From: Octopus sinensis
Taxonomy: Eukaryota
Length of the DNA stretch: 64,000 nucleotides
Assembly (NCBI RefSeq): GCF_006345805.1
Contig: NC_043019.1
Coordinates: 27,031,360 to 27,095,359 of the forward strand
Direction of reading: 5' to 3'
Shown: positions 39,235 through 51,218 of the stretch, in pieces
Layout of the letters: each line of letters starts with the position of its first letter
How positions within the stretch are numbered: position 1 is the stretch's first letter
Program-made: the position numbers and the translations under genes
Notes under the pieces: model-generated
Databases searched by the model: none
Told to the model about the DNA's origin: nothing
What the model saw: the letters and a program-made list of their open reading frames with translations, nothing else

Positions 39235-40689
39235 TCTAGACGCTAAAATTAACCCTCACACTTCAGTGATACGTTGTTTTCTGGCTACCCTGCTCACCTT
39301 ATAGCACGCTTAACGATCATAAATATAGTGAATAAATTCCTTAATGATTCTTATTGTATTCTACACGAATACATAAATATTACAAAATATTTAGTAGAAA
39401 TGGTGATAAAATGTTCTACACTTGTAAAAACTACGTTAGCTCTGTTGATTCCATTAACGGTAATAATGTATAACAACGAGAATTGTTCCACCGTACACGC
39501 CTGTAAGTGCACGTAACGCCTAGATGGAACGAAAGAATAGTAGACCAATTCAAGACAAGAAATTACTTGCATAGACACTTTTTTGTCAACCTAGATAGCA
39601 GATTTGCAACAGGTCTATCTAGATATATCATGAAAGTGAGAAAAGCGCTTGTGAGAGAAAACCCTTTAAAATATCTTGATTAATTTTTAATTCAGCGTAT
39701 ACGTTGAGCCTCGGTAATAATAGAAACAAGTTGACTTGCCATATTCTTTTAGCAGACAAGTTATTGTTGTTCCTATTATTATTATATTAAAATAATGATG
39801 ACTTGAATTTACTGATGGGCACATAATTACACAGACAAGACTATTTGCTACGCTTTTACAAAACGATATGTCCGCCATTATATTTTGCATTTCGACAAAT
39901 GTCTACCGCGCTCATACACATTTTACTCTTTCGTTTTGTCTCTAATTTATTTTCCTTTCTTCTTTTTCAGCCAACTTTAATTTATATGGTTTTATTTTAC
40001 TTTTCTGCAGATGTTTTATTTTCGCTTTTGCTGATTTCAAGTTATTTCTCCTTTCTTTTCTTTTCTTTTCTATCTATCTGGGCCGTAAGCTGTAATCCTT
40101 TTAATAAACGAATTATATTTGCCTGTCTCTCTTTTCTTCTGTTTAAAGTTTATCTACAAAATAAAAGCCAACATGACATCAACCTCAAACAATTACAGAC
40201 GCTAAATAAATCATAACGTTCAAACTCTAAAATACATTCAGATACCAACAACCCCACAAATATTATGAAACAAATACAAACCTGCAATAAATACAGGCAC
40301 AAACAGTCTCGTTTCTGACGGCACAAAGTTTCACAAGGCAAAAACATGCAGTATTAAGCAATCTCACACTGCTACTTTAAAAACACAATAATGTATAACT
40401 CATCCACCATAAACACCAAATATCCTGCGCCAGAAAAATATGATTTGGTTTAACCCTACTTTTAACAAAACCTTTATAACCAAGGTTATATGATTTCAGC
40501 CAATATATACTGCTATTCACTGTTAGTTATAGCATTCTCACTTTTTCAGTTTTGTTTATTTGCTTACTTGATATGAAACTGAATGGAGTAAATCATCGGC
40601 TTCGAATGAATATATGAATTCTACTACGTATATATTAATTACCCCATATTTCATGTGCTTATTCAAATGATATACATATGTGTGTGTGT

Positions 40690-40691
40690 GT

Positions 40692-40730
<39 letters not shown>

Positions 40731-40805
40731 TAATATATATACATATATATATACACATATATATAGGCACATATATACATATATATATATATACATATAT
40801 ATACA

Positions 40806-40836
<31 letters not shown>

Positions 40837-40856
40837 CTACATATATATACATATAT

Positions 40857-40888
<32 letters not shown>

Positions 40889-41030
40889 ATATATATATAC
40901 ATACATACATATATATCTATACTTATATATATACATATATATATACACATATATATATACATATATATATATATACGTATACACATACACACACACACAC
41001 ACCACACATATATATATATATATATATATC
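40690..41030. repeat. (TA)n-rich microsatellite ending about 50 bp upstream of the gene 2 splice acceptor
   Basis: Direct inspection. Confidence 0.9.
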
Positions 41031-41031
41031 A

Positions 41032-41078
41032 GTTTTTTTTTCTCTGTTTTTGATTGCTTTGTTTTTGTCTAATTTCAG
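41032..41078 (+). promoter_or_regulatory. 3' splice acceptor of a 5'-UTR intron of HS3ST-like gene 2
   Basis: T-rich tract ending TGTCTAATTTCAG|AAA, with AG at 41077-41078, exactly 18597 bp from the gene 1 acceptor. Confidence 0.75.
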
Positions 41079-41117
41079 AAACTCTATCGGAACGACCTGA
41101 TTTCAAGGTTACGGAGT

Positions 41118-42047
41118 ATGATGAATCTTCGGCTTCGAAACGTTTATATTTTACCGACAGTCATCTTGCTCTGTTTGCTGTTGGGATTATTTTCCCATTT
41201 TTCCCAAGTGTTTCCCCAGGGCAAGTTGACTCCAGCCTACACGAACCAGAAACTCATGAATTGTGATGCGAGGCAACGGCTACCCAGTTGTATTATTATA
41301 GGTACACCGAAGTCGGGTACGAAAGCATTACTTGAGTTTATTGGGGTGCACCCTGCTGTTGCCGTAGCCGAGGGAGAACCGAAATTTTTCCACAGAGATG
41401 ATAATTACCAGAAAGGGATGAACTACTACGTGGAAAAAATGCCTTTATCTTGTCCAGACCAGATCACAATGGAAAAATCACCGGAATATTTCTATAGTGA
41501 CAAAGCACCATTTCGGATACATAAAATGAATAGAACTATCAAGTTGATTCTGATTGTTAAAAATCCTGTGGATCGTTCTATATCGGAATACATCCACCGA
41601 CGAACTCACCACAGCGGAAAAGAAGCAAAACATTCGTTTGAAGAGATCGTTTACGACGATAAAACCCAGAAACTGAACGTAGGATATTACCCCATCGCCA
41701 AATCGGTCTATTATCGCTATCTCATCCGCTGGTTGCAATATTTTCCACTAAACCAGATTCACGTAGCAGACGGTAGCAAACTGATTGTAGATCCGCAAGA
41801 AGAGCTGCTCAAAGTTCAAGATTTTCTCGGTCTAAAGAGGTTAATTTCCAGGGATAACTTTATATATAATAACACCAGGGGATTCTACTGTTTGTTAATA
41901 AACTCTGAATCGAAATGTTTGCCACCAAATAAGGGTCACCGAAACGTAAGCACAAGCAAGGTAATAGCAAAAGAAATGACTAAATACTTTAAGCCATATA
42001 ACGATATGTTTTTCCAGCTCATAAAGAGGAATCTATCATGGACTTAA
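41118..42047 (+). CDS. HS3ST: Heparan sulfate glucosamine 3-O-sulfotransferase-like protein, paralogue 2, 308-309 aa (ATG at 41118 or 41121)
   Basis: Same motifs as paralogue 1 and colinear with it at a constant 18597-bp offset. ATG 41121 is the positional homologue of ATG 22524. Confidence 0.93.
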   Translation: MMNLRLRNVYILPTVILLCLLLGLFSHFSQVFPQGKLTPAYTNQKLMNCDARQRLPSCIIIGTPKSGTKALLEFIGVHPAVAVAEGEPKFFHRDDNYQKGMNYYVEKMPLSCPDQITMEKSPEYFYSDKAPFRIHKMNRTIKLILIVKNPVDRSISEYIHRRTHHSGKEAKHSFEEIVYDDKTQKLNVGYYPIAKSVYYRYLIRWLQYFPLNQIHVADGSKLIVDPQEELLKVQDFLGLKRLISRDNFIYNNTRGFYCLLINSESKCLPPNKGHRNVSTSKVIAKEMTKYFKPYNDMFFQLIKRNLSWT

Positions 42048-42456
42048 ATAAATAAAGCACCAAAAATAAATCCATAACGAGACGAAAACAGAAGCAACTG
42101 CATTAACAAAAATATATACCCAAATATAAATATTTCGTTAATTTATTTCTACGTGTGTTGTGATTGTAAGTGAAACTGAGAAATGTATGAAATATTGTGC
42201 TATGTCTTGTGCTGTGCTTTCTCAAGAGCGAGCCAATTTTATGTATATAGATGGGAATATGTATGACATCGTGTTACATCTATACTTCTGTATAATATAC
42301 TTGTGGACAGAAGAAAAGAAAAATGGATTAACGATAGAATGGTTCACAGCAACTAATTTGGGGCAAGGAACAACGGACAATTACGATTTAAACCCATGAA
42401 AATACTGAATGTCTAAACTGCAGCTGTCAAAAAACTGCTTCAGAATCTGATAGCGG

Positions 42457-43563
42457 GGAAAAAAAAACAAACTATCAGCTGGTATTCCTGGACGTATTAA
42501 TAACACGCACCAAGTATGGATTCAGGACATCTGTACACCGCAAGCCGACCTTTACTGGACGATACCTCAACTTCAATTCCCACCATCCATACAGTGTAAA
42601 GAGAGGGAGAGCTGAGTGCCTAAATCATCGTGCACAAAATATAAGTAGCGATCGTAATACGCACAACGAAGAAATGATCAAGCTCAAAAACGACCTGTTA
42701 AGCAACAATTACCCCCCAAAGTATACTATTCCCTCCATTTATGAAGAAGAGAGAGGATGAGGCTAATAAACTGTCCACAGTCTGTCTACCCTATGTGAAA
42801 GGCCTCTCCGAAAAGATACAAAAGATATGCGGCCCATATGACATCAGGACAGTATTCAAGAGTAATGCAACACTTCGCAAATATCTCCTTCGAGTAAAAC
42901 CACCAATAGAAGAGAATATGACCAAAGACTGCATGTACTCCATCCCATGCAGCTGTGGTAGGTTATACAAGGCGAAACATGCCGCCCCCTTAAAATAAGG
43001 GTAGACGATCACCGCAAAACTGTGACACGAGGAGATAATCGATATAAATCGGGTATAGCTGATCATGTATGGAAGTTAAAATAATAGAAAGAGAACACCA
43101 CTGGAAAATACGAAAACTAAAAGAAGCAGTACATATGCTAGGACTCAACAACCTCCTAAGCAGACCGTGTGCAGATATGAGCAGCATATGGAAACAGGTA
43201 ATAAGGAAAGATAGAAAAATATTAGATTTATAAACCCTAAAATTACCCACGGACATATGGCGTATGTTAAGAGCGCGGGCTACTAACCCCAAGATTCCAA
43301 GTTCGATTCCAAGTAATAATAATAATAATAATAATGATAATAATATCGAAAAATACCATTCGTTTACGGCATGAACTTACACTTGCATGGCTTAATCTTT
43401 GAGATAAGCATATGACTACTGGCAGGATCAACCAGGTTCGAAATTTCCCGAACACACCTGAAGGTATATCAGCCGAAACGTTGTGTTAAGAACAAGATGA
43501 GGACAAATATCCGTCGAATGTAAATAATGTACATAATTCCTCATCTCTTAAATATAGAACTGT
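42457..43563 (+). mobile_element. 5'-truncated Penelope/Poseidon-type element (RT C-terminus, thumb, GIY-YIG, pLTR) with a 15-bp TSD
   Basis: LVFLDVLI..RKPTFTGRYLNFNSHHP..LPYVKGLSEKI..MYSIPCSCGRLY..GIADHVW. TSD AGAATCTGATAGCGG at 42442-42456 and 43564-43578. Confidence 0.88.
43356..43438 (-). pseudogene. 5'-terminal fragment (about 80 nt) of 18S rRNA inserted antisense into the pLTR
   Basis: Reverse complement reads AACCTGGTTGATCCTGCCAGTAGTCATATGCTTATCTCAAAGATTAAGCCATGCAAGTGTAAGT, the conserved start of eukaryotic 18S rRNA. Confidence 0.92.
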
Positions 43564-44295
43564 AGAATCTGATAGCGGATTCAGATATATTCTGAATTCT
43601 TGAGATAAGCTATGAAATGGATGAATACCAGAATGAAGGAACTGTTTTGACGTGTTGCAGTGCAGTAGCTTGGCTGCATTTTTCAGAAGTTCATATTGTA
43701 ATCCTGCAGTATGAAGTTCGTTCTCCATGTGTCTCACTTTGACCAATGTGTTCTAGCATAGGGCAGAGGTGCTCGGTATTTTGAGAATGGAATTTTGTAG
43801 CCAGAAACTGTATTGAAATTCGTCGTATGCCTACATACATGCATACATAAATACATACGATAAAATAGTTTCTTCCTTGTAATGACCACGAATCGGCCAG
43901 ACATTTCTCTCTGCTAATTATTCAAAGCTCTGGGATCCGGTAATCGTTACGTCGGAAGTCTTTAAGCAATGAAACCATTAATCTACAATGCATGATATAA
44001 AACTGCTAAAACCAATCTTATGGAACATTTGGACACGTCTTCTGTGATATAAATTCTTCATAGTTATAAAATTAGTATCTAACAACTTCTATTCAGATAA
44101 AACAGCTACTTTATTGAATCTCATCTATCTGGGATTGCCTTCGAGAATCGTAAGAACATTCCCTTCCGACCGAGTCCGGAAAATTCGCCAAAGGAAATTT
44201 CGCCCAATCGGAATGAAGATTCGCCATGAGACAACTTCGCCGTGTCACAAATTTGCCGTATGGACAAAACTAAAGTGCATTCGTTTATTCTTTTA

Positions 44296-44657
44296 ATCTT
44301 TTATTTGTTTCAGTCGTTTGCCTGCGGCCATGCTGGAGTACCACCTTGAAGGGTTTTAGTCAAACAAATCGACCCCAGAAGTCATTTTTTAAAATTAAAG
44401 CCTTGTACTTTACTTTGTCGGTTGCTTTTGGCGAACCGCTAAGTTACGGAGACAAGCGGTGATGGGGTGGGGGCACAAACACAGACACACAAACATATAC
44501 ACACACATACATGTATACGACAGGCTTCTTTTAGTTTCCGTCTACCAAATCTACTCGCAAGGATCTGGTCGGCCCGAGGCTATAGTAGAAGACACTTGCC
44601 CAAGGTGCCATGCAGTGGGACTGAACCCGGAACCATGTGGTTGATAAGCAAGCTACT
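44296..44657 (-). mobile_element. SINE family A, near full length
   Basis: Reverse complement of the 1521-2044 pattern. Confidence 0.8.
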
Positions 44658-44762
44658 TTATTTCATCAATTGACCATGAAGGTCGTACATAGATAAAGCA
44701 GCTGCGGGCTGGACAGAGACATTAACGTGTATGAAAACGACAAAGATGGAAATATATATATG

Positions 44763-44832
<70 letters not shown>

Positions 44833-44846
44833 TATATATATATATG

Positions 44847-45008
<162 letters not shown>

Positions 45009-45012
45009 CAGT

Positions 45013-45100
45013 AGGAGACACTTGCCGAATATATCACGCAGTAGACTGAACCCGGGACCATGCGGTTTGGAAAAAGCTTCTTACCACACAGTCACGCTTG
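45013..45100 (-). mobile_element. SINE family A 5' fragment
   Basis: gacacttgcc...gactgaacccgggaccatgcgg...ttaccacacagtcac. Confidence 0.65.
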
Positions 45101-45808
45101 AGTTTATAAAATATCAGTATTTTTTAAAATATACAAAAAAAAAACCTGATAAAATGTATTAAATAGGCAAATCCTTATTCCACATCAAACATAAAAAAAA
45201 CGTGATGAGGTTATTTAAAATGGAATTTCCTACGGCGAATTTTACCAACCGCAAAAATGTTTACAATGAAATTTCCTATAACTCATTCCGACAGACTGAA
45301 AATAGAAAAAAAAAAAAAAAAATGAAAACCCACCCTTGTTTCTTCCCTACAAAATGGCATCAAAGATGTACTGTTCTATTTGATTATTTCTGACATTTTC
45401 GACATGACGCATTATATAAATATTTTTGCTAATCATGCATATACAACAAATTTTGAAGGAAGTTTTTTTTTTTTATTCAAGATATCTTGTTTTATTTTCT
45501 AAATCTTAAACGAAATCAAACTTTGCTCCTTTGTTTTGTTTTACAATTAACCCTTATTCTGTAAAACTGTTATTCGATTATTTCCTTCTGCGCTATATTT
45601 ATATTTTGTACTCATATATTTAACGAACCATGGGAAAACGATTGGTATTAGAAGAAACGACCTTCTATAGCAGCAGTCCTTAATCTTTTCTACGGCACAG
45701 ACCGGAATCATGCAAGATGGTCTTTCCACTGACCAGGGTGGCCATGTACATAACAAAATACAACAAAGCAACACAAAATTTAATTATTACACATATGATA
45801 CGTATATA

Positions 45809-46207
45809 TCTTTATATATAAAAGTGAGGTTGTGTGCTGTCTGTCTCCTACGATTTAGATTCTTAACTACTCCCGCATTTTGCGGTGCAGTTTAACCAAA
45901 ACCGGGTATCTTATAGTCGTGATTCATATCGAGCCCTTCTGGGTTTTAGCGCGCGTCTACGATGAGTCTACGATTTTAAAAATAATTTACCATCAATTTT
46001 TCCCATTTTTAATGCATTTTTGGCATATATATAAGGGAAGTAACTCTCTAAAAATTTATTATTAAATCTCAGAACGTAAAAAGCTACAGTAACACCCCCT
46101 CCTTTGTGGTTAGCCATATTGAGATGGCTATTATACTTTACATCTCTAAAAGTGCTTATATAGTTATTTTCCTTACAAACCCGAGCAACGCCGGGCGATA
46201 CTGCTAG
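45809..46207 (+). mobile_element. Non-autonomous Helitron
   Basis: A|TCTTTATATATAAAAG ... subterminal hairpin CCCG-AGCAACGC-CGGG ... CTAG|T, inserted between A and T. Confidence 0.85.
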
Positions 46208-46271
46208 TTACATATATAATACATGTATATTTCATATATAATACAAATTTATTACATATATAATACATATA

Positions 46272-46806
46272 TCCTATTATACATTTGAGTGATGTTTCTC
46301 TGTCCGTTATGTTTGCTATGTTCGTTAACTCCTCCTAGACCGTTGGTGCAAAGAAAACAAAACTCAAACCAGCAACTCTCCTAATCCCAGGGAATGTCTT
46401 AAGAGGGTATCTTTTTAAGGGGCGCCTGATTGGGGTCCCACCTATTTTTATTGCGTTTTAAACTAGCTCATTGGCATAGGCGACCAAATCGGAGCAATGA
46501 CAATGAATTTCATACCATGAACTCCCTGGGAGTAATCATAGGGTGGTTCAATTTCTGAAGGGTCGCTTCTGGGGCTTCAATTTCTGGGGTCTCCACTGAC
46601 CCCCACTATTTTTACTGCATTTACCTCGCTCCTACGCTAATTCATTAAACTATGATCAGCATCAGTGCTTAGCACATTTGCAGAAATAAGTTTGGGCATT
46701 CTAAATACCTTCACATACATTCAAATCGAGATGAGTTATTACAGGTACGTTTCAGGTGTGGTAATGTGGATATTTACATTTTGTAGTTTATGAAACTTAT
46801 GTCTAG
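46272..46806 (+). mobile_element. Possible second Helitron-like element
   Basis: A|TCCTATTATA ... AACTCCTCCTAGACCGTT ... CTAG|T; no clear 3' hairpin. Confidence 0.4.
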
Positions 46807-46863
46807 TATTACATATATAATACATATATATTATATATATAATACATATATATTATATATATA

Positions 46864-47252
46864 TTGGGTTGTCCGAAAAGTTCGTGCCAATTTATAGTAG
46901 CTTACCTTTCGACTTATTTTAGAACATGGTTGTGTCCATAAAATAGAATTTAACTACACCTCCATTTAGAGCACAGTTTAAGCTATCGGATTTCCACTTA
47001 TTCAGGTCTCTGCAGAACAGTCTTAATGGTAAAAATTTCAATTCCTTGGATGACGTAAAAAGATACCTTGATGAATACTTTGCCATGAAACCACCTCAAT
47101 TCTGGGAAGAGGGTATTTTCAAGTTAAAGGCAAGATGGAGACGCATTGTGCAACAAAATGGTTCATATTTGGTTGATTAAAAATGTAATAGCAAGTATTT
47201 ATTGACCCTTTCCTTTCCTTTAAAATCGGTACGAACTTTCCGGACAACCGAA
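46864..47252 (+). mobile_element. Internally deleted mariner element retaining the transposase C-terminus (46989-47180)
   Basis: TA-flanked TIRs of about 28 bp (TTGGGTTGTCCGAAAAGTTCGTGCC / GGTACGAACTTTCCGGACAACCGAA). Open remnant SDFHLFRSLQNSLNGKNFNSLDDVKRYLDEYFAMKPPQFWEEGIFKLKARWRRIVQQNGSYLVD*. Confidence 0.92.
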
Positions 47253-47308
47253 TATACATATATATTTAATATATAACACATATATATTACATATATATAT
47301 AATACTTA

Positions 47309-47454
47309 TAGGCGTAGGAGTGGTTGTGTGGTAAGTAGCTTGCTTACCAACCACATGGTTCCAGGTTCAGTCCCACTGCGTGGCACCTTAGGCAAGTGTC
47401 TTCTACTATAGCCTCGGGCCGACCGAAGCGGAAAAGAAGCCCGTCATATATATA
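47309..47454 (+). mobile_element. SINE family A 5' part; its 3' remnant resumes near 48110-48190
   Basis: GGCGTAGGAGTGGTTGTGTGGTAAG...GCCTCGGGCCGACC with an internal deletion. Confidence 0.8.
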
Positions 47455-47691
47455 CAGGGTTAGTAAAAGTCACCCGACAGTAAATCAAAATTCCATAAAT
47501 ACTTAAAATTCAATTTTATTTATTCATTCCAATTGTGAATGTTTAACAATTGAATGCTGTCAGTTAAAATCACCGTTTCTTTTTCAACATTTGTCTGTTT
47601 ATTAGCGAAGTCTCATATAAAATAATTGTTTGTCTCAATCTTGGCATTAAATGGGTTTTATTGGCTGTTAGGTGACTTTTGGCCAACCCGG
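47455..47691. mobile_element. Tc1/mariner-type MITE nested in the SINE's TA tract
   Basis: TA|CAGGGTTAGTAAAAGTCACC ... GGTGACTTTTGGCCAACCCGG|TA. Confidence 0.75.
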
Positions 47692-47932
47692 TATATATAT
47701 ATAAATATAAATATAATTAAGAGAAATAATCTCTATTAAGTAATTCAATTGATAGTGAAAGATATCATCAATATTAAATCATATAGAAAAAAATTAAATA
47801 TATTAATATAAATATTATTCTAAAAATCACTAAATTGAATAAACATTATATATTATATATGTTGTGAAATTTGATTCAGAATTGCTAAATTGAATTTTCC
47901 TGTAAATTGGAATTTTATATTCCCTACAATTA

Positions 47933-47980
<48 letters not shown>

Positions 47981-47988
47981 GATAATAT

Positions 47989-48030
<42 letters not shown>

Positions 48031-49425
48031 ATATATATATAATATATTATATATTAATATATATATTATATATTACATATATATATATATATATATATAC
48101 ATATACATACACACACACATGTGTGTGTGTGCCTTTGTGTCTGTGTTTGTCCCCTCCACCATCGCTTGATAAACATTGTGGTGTGTTTCCACAAATCACA
48201 TGTTACTTGTGACTATTATCCTCAGGCAGAGGATGATTACAATATCCTTTGCAATATCCATGGCCATTATTATGCTTTCATTTCTTCAGGTGATATATAA
48301 CCTGACGAAATGAATGCACCAGTGAAATGAACGTATGAGTAATGACTCACCTTAGTATCCATGGATATTACAAATTATATTGTAATCATCTAACGGAGGC
48401 AGATTATAGTCACAAACAACATGGGATATATGGAAACGCGCGTAGCGATGCATTAAAGTATTTATGAAATTACATCCTTAGATTATTATTATTATTACTA
48501 TATATATATAGGCATATATATATATACATACACATACACATATATATGCTCATATATACACACACACGTATATGTATATATTTATATACATACATGCTAA
48601 CATATATATTATATATATATACTCATACACACACACACACACAGACATATATATGTATATATATATATATTATATATATATAATATATATATATATACAT
48701 GCACACACACAAACATATGTATAAATACATACATACATACACACACACGCACACACACATATATATATACTCATATTTTGAGTTCTATTTTTCTTGTTTA
48801 CATCACCAAACACACACACACGTGTGTGTGTGCATCAACAAATTCACCGACAAAATCTGATTTAAGAAGGGGGAAAGTGTGTAAAGCACTTCTAGAAGAT
48901 AAAGCTTCTAAGACCGAAGTGACCGACTGATCGATGAGTTCATATTGACGATCGGTCTGATTTGGCCGATACCCTCTCTAAACATCTGCAAGTGAATAAT
49001 TGCACGAAAAACATGAAGTGGAAGGAAACCGAGGTCTTGTCTAAATGCTAGCAACAAGGGAAGGCTCTGCTAAAGACAAATGGATACCTGTTAATGGTTT
49101 TAAATTAAAACCTGTGTTATCGTGGATCTATTTAAAATCCTGTTTATGAGTTTTCAAATAAATAATTCGGCTGTGTATTTATGCTTTCAAGTAAATTTTT
49201 CTCCACTTGAAATTGTTGCTATTTTTCTTTCTCTTTCTTTCATCTTTTTTTGTTTATTTTCTTTTTTTTTTTTTTGAAATCAAAATGTAACTTCCATGAT
49301 AAATGACATTTTTTGTGGAGATTCAAATACTGCTAAATTATATAAATGGAATAAAAATTATTATAAGAACTTCAATTTACATTGTTTCCAAGCTTATTTT
49401 TTCCCTACTACTACTACTACTACTA

Positions 49426-49467
<42 letters not shown>

Positions 49468-49835
49468 ACTGAGTGTATTTGTAAATTTCAGCAGCTGAAG
49501 AAAGAGCAATTAGTCTTGAAATGTGCATATACACTCATAATCTATCTTTTTCTATCTTCGATTGCATTGTTTATGTAGACGTATTTGTATAAGAAACTTC
49601 GTAACTTTCAGTGCAGACTGTGAATTCTATAGAAAATCAGTAGAGAAAACTTCAAAGTGATTATAAAAAAGGTGTCTTCATCAGAGCCAATGTTATACAG
49701 AAAAGACAATTTGCTGAGAAAGAATTTTCATCAGGTCACGTGCGGAATATGCTTGAGTTGATACCGACCAACGTGGATTCAAGTGACAACAAGACGATTC
49801 TGCCAAGAAGAAAGACGTTGCTTAAATAACTATTT

Positions 49836-50175
49836 CCAATATAGGCACACGGCCTGAAATTTAGGCGGAGGGGTAAACCGATTACATCGACCCCGAAAAA
49901 AATTAAAAGCAAAGTCGGCTTCGCTGGGACTCGAACTCAGAACGTAAAGACGGGTAAAATGCAGGTAAGCATTTTGTCCGGCGTACTAACGATTCTGCCA
50001 GCTCGCCGCCTTATACAGAGTGTAATATTCCTGTCTATTATAGGCACAAGGCCTGAAATTTCGGTGGAGGGGTAAGCCGATTACATCGACCTCGAAAAAA
50101 TTAAAAGCAAAGTCGGCTTCGTTGGGACTCGAACTCAGAACGTAAAAACGTGTAAAATGCAGGTAAGCGTTTTGA
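49836..50175 (-). mobile_element. Two tandem copies of a deleted SINE B (tail variant 2)
   Basis: Both copies share the same internal deletion ACATCGACC^CGAAAAAATTAAAAGC. Confidence 0.75.
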
Positions 50176-50182
50176 ACCTGTC

Positions 50183-50247
<65 letters not shown>

Positions 50248-50269
50248 GTTATATGTATGTATATTGTGT

Positions 50270-50466
50270 GTGTGTGTTTGACCCCCACAATCGCTTGACA
50301 TCAGACGTTGGCGTGTTTACGTCCCCGTAAATTAGAGGTTCAGCGAAAGAGACCGATCGAATAAGTATTAGGCTTACAAAGAATAAGTCCTCTGGTAGAT
50401 TGTTTCGACTAACGGTGGTGCTTCGGCATGGCCGCAGTCAAATGACTGAAACAAATGAAAAAGAGT
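50270..50466 (+). mobile_element. SINE family A 3' half
   Basis: ATCGCTTGAC..GTGTTTACGTCCCCGTAA...CATGGCCGCAGTCAAATGACTGAAACAA. Confidence 0.8.
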
Positions 50467-50959
50467 ATGGCGTATATAATAGATTGCTCGTTTGAGCTTT
50501 TCAACATTTCGTTCCCTGTTTTGAGAATATTTTAAATATTTATGAGAATCCATAAAACACACACTCACACACACATACACATACACTCACATACACTCAC
50601 ATACATACATCCACACACATACACAGACACAAACACACATACACACATACACACCTACACACGCACAAACACATTCACACGCGCACACGCACACACACAC
50701 CAACGGACTATTTACTAAACGTCATAAATTATTCAAGCGGAACAGTTGTTTTTCCATTATGTAATGAGCTGTCATGTGACAGTTACATTATATCATTATA
50801 TCATTAGTTATCCAAGAGGCATGACATGTTGTTTCAACAGTTACAGTTAACTTTTTCCTCCGTGTGGACTCCATTGAAAGATGCTGTAGTTATTCGCTGA
50901 AAGGATTTGTTTTATAGAATTGGATGTTATAGAGTAACTGGAATGCACTGTCCATTTTA

Positions 50960-51130
50960 GAAAGCAGCAAAGTCCGCCACAAAAGTAAACATCTGGAATA
51001 CACCAAAGTTATTAATGACAGATTCACACAGACTGAGGGCAAATATGAATGTAAGCCTATTCAAATAGATATCATTGAGTTCTACCTCTCTATCACTGAC
51101 AAATTGGTCGGTAAAGCACTGCAGTCTAAT
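50960..51130 (+). mobile_element. Remnant of a Penelope-like reverse transcriptase (Naiad/Chlamys-type motif A)
   Basis: KVNIWNT (frameshift) VINDRFTQTEGKYECKPIQIDIIEFYLSITDKLVGKAL resembles the PLE RT signature FIQFDIxEFYPSI..L..AL. Confidence 0.6.
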
Positions 51131-51168
51131 GCACACGACCGTAACATTAGACGAACTCGATAAGGTGT

Positions 51169-51218
51169 CCAGCACTGAGAACGAGCAGAAATAGCTCGAA
51201 ACCAGGCTGGTCTGCTGG
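51169..51218 (+). ncRNA. Type I hammerhead ribozyme fold with one core variant
   Basis: Stem I CCAGCA/TGCTGG; core CTGAGAA(C); stem II GAGC-agaaata-GCTC; GAAA; stem III ACCA-GGC-TGGT; GUC cleavage triplet. Confidence 0.7.

Noticed and set aside
43356-43438. Functional rRNA gene
   Set aside because: Only about 80 nt of 18S with an internal deletion and no rDNA context; treated as a captured fragment.
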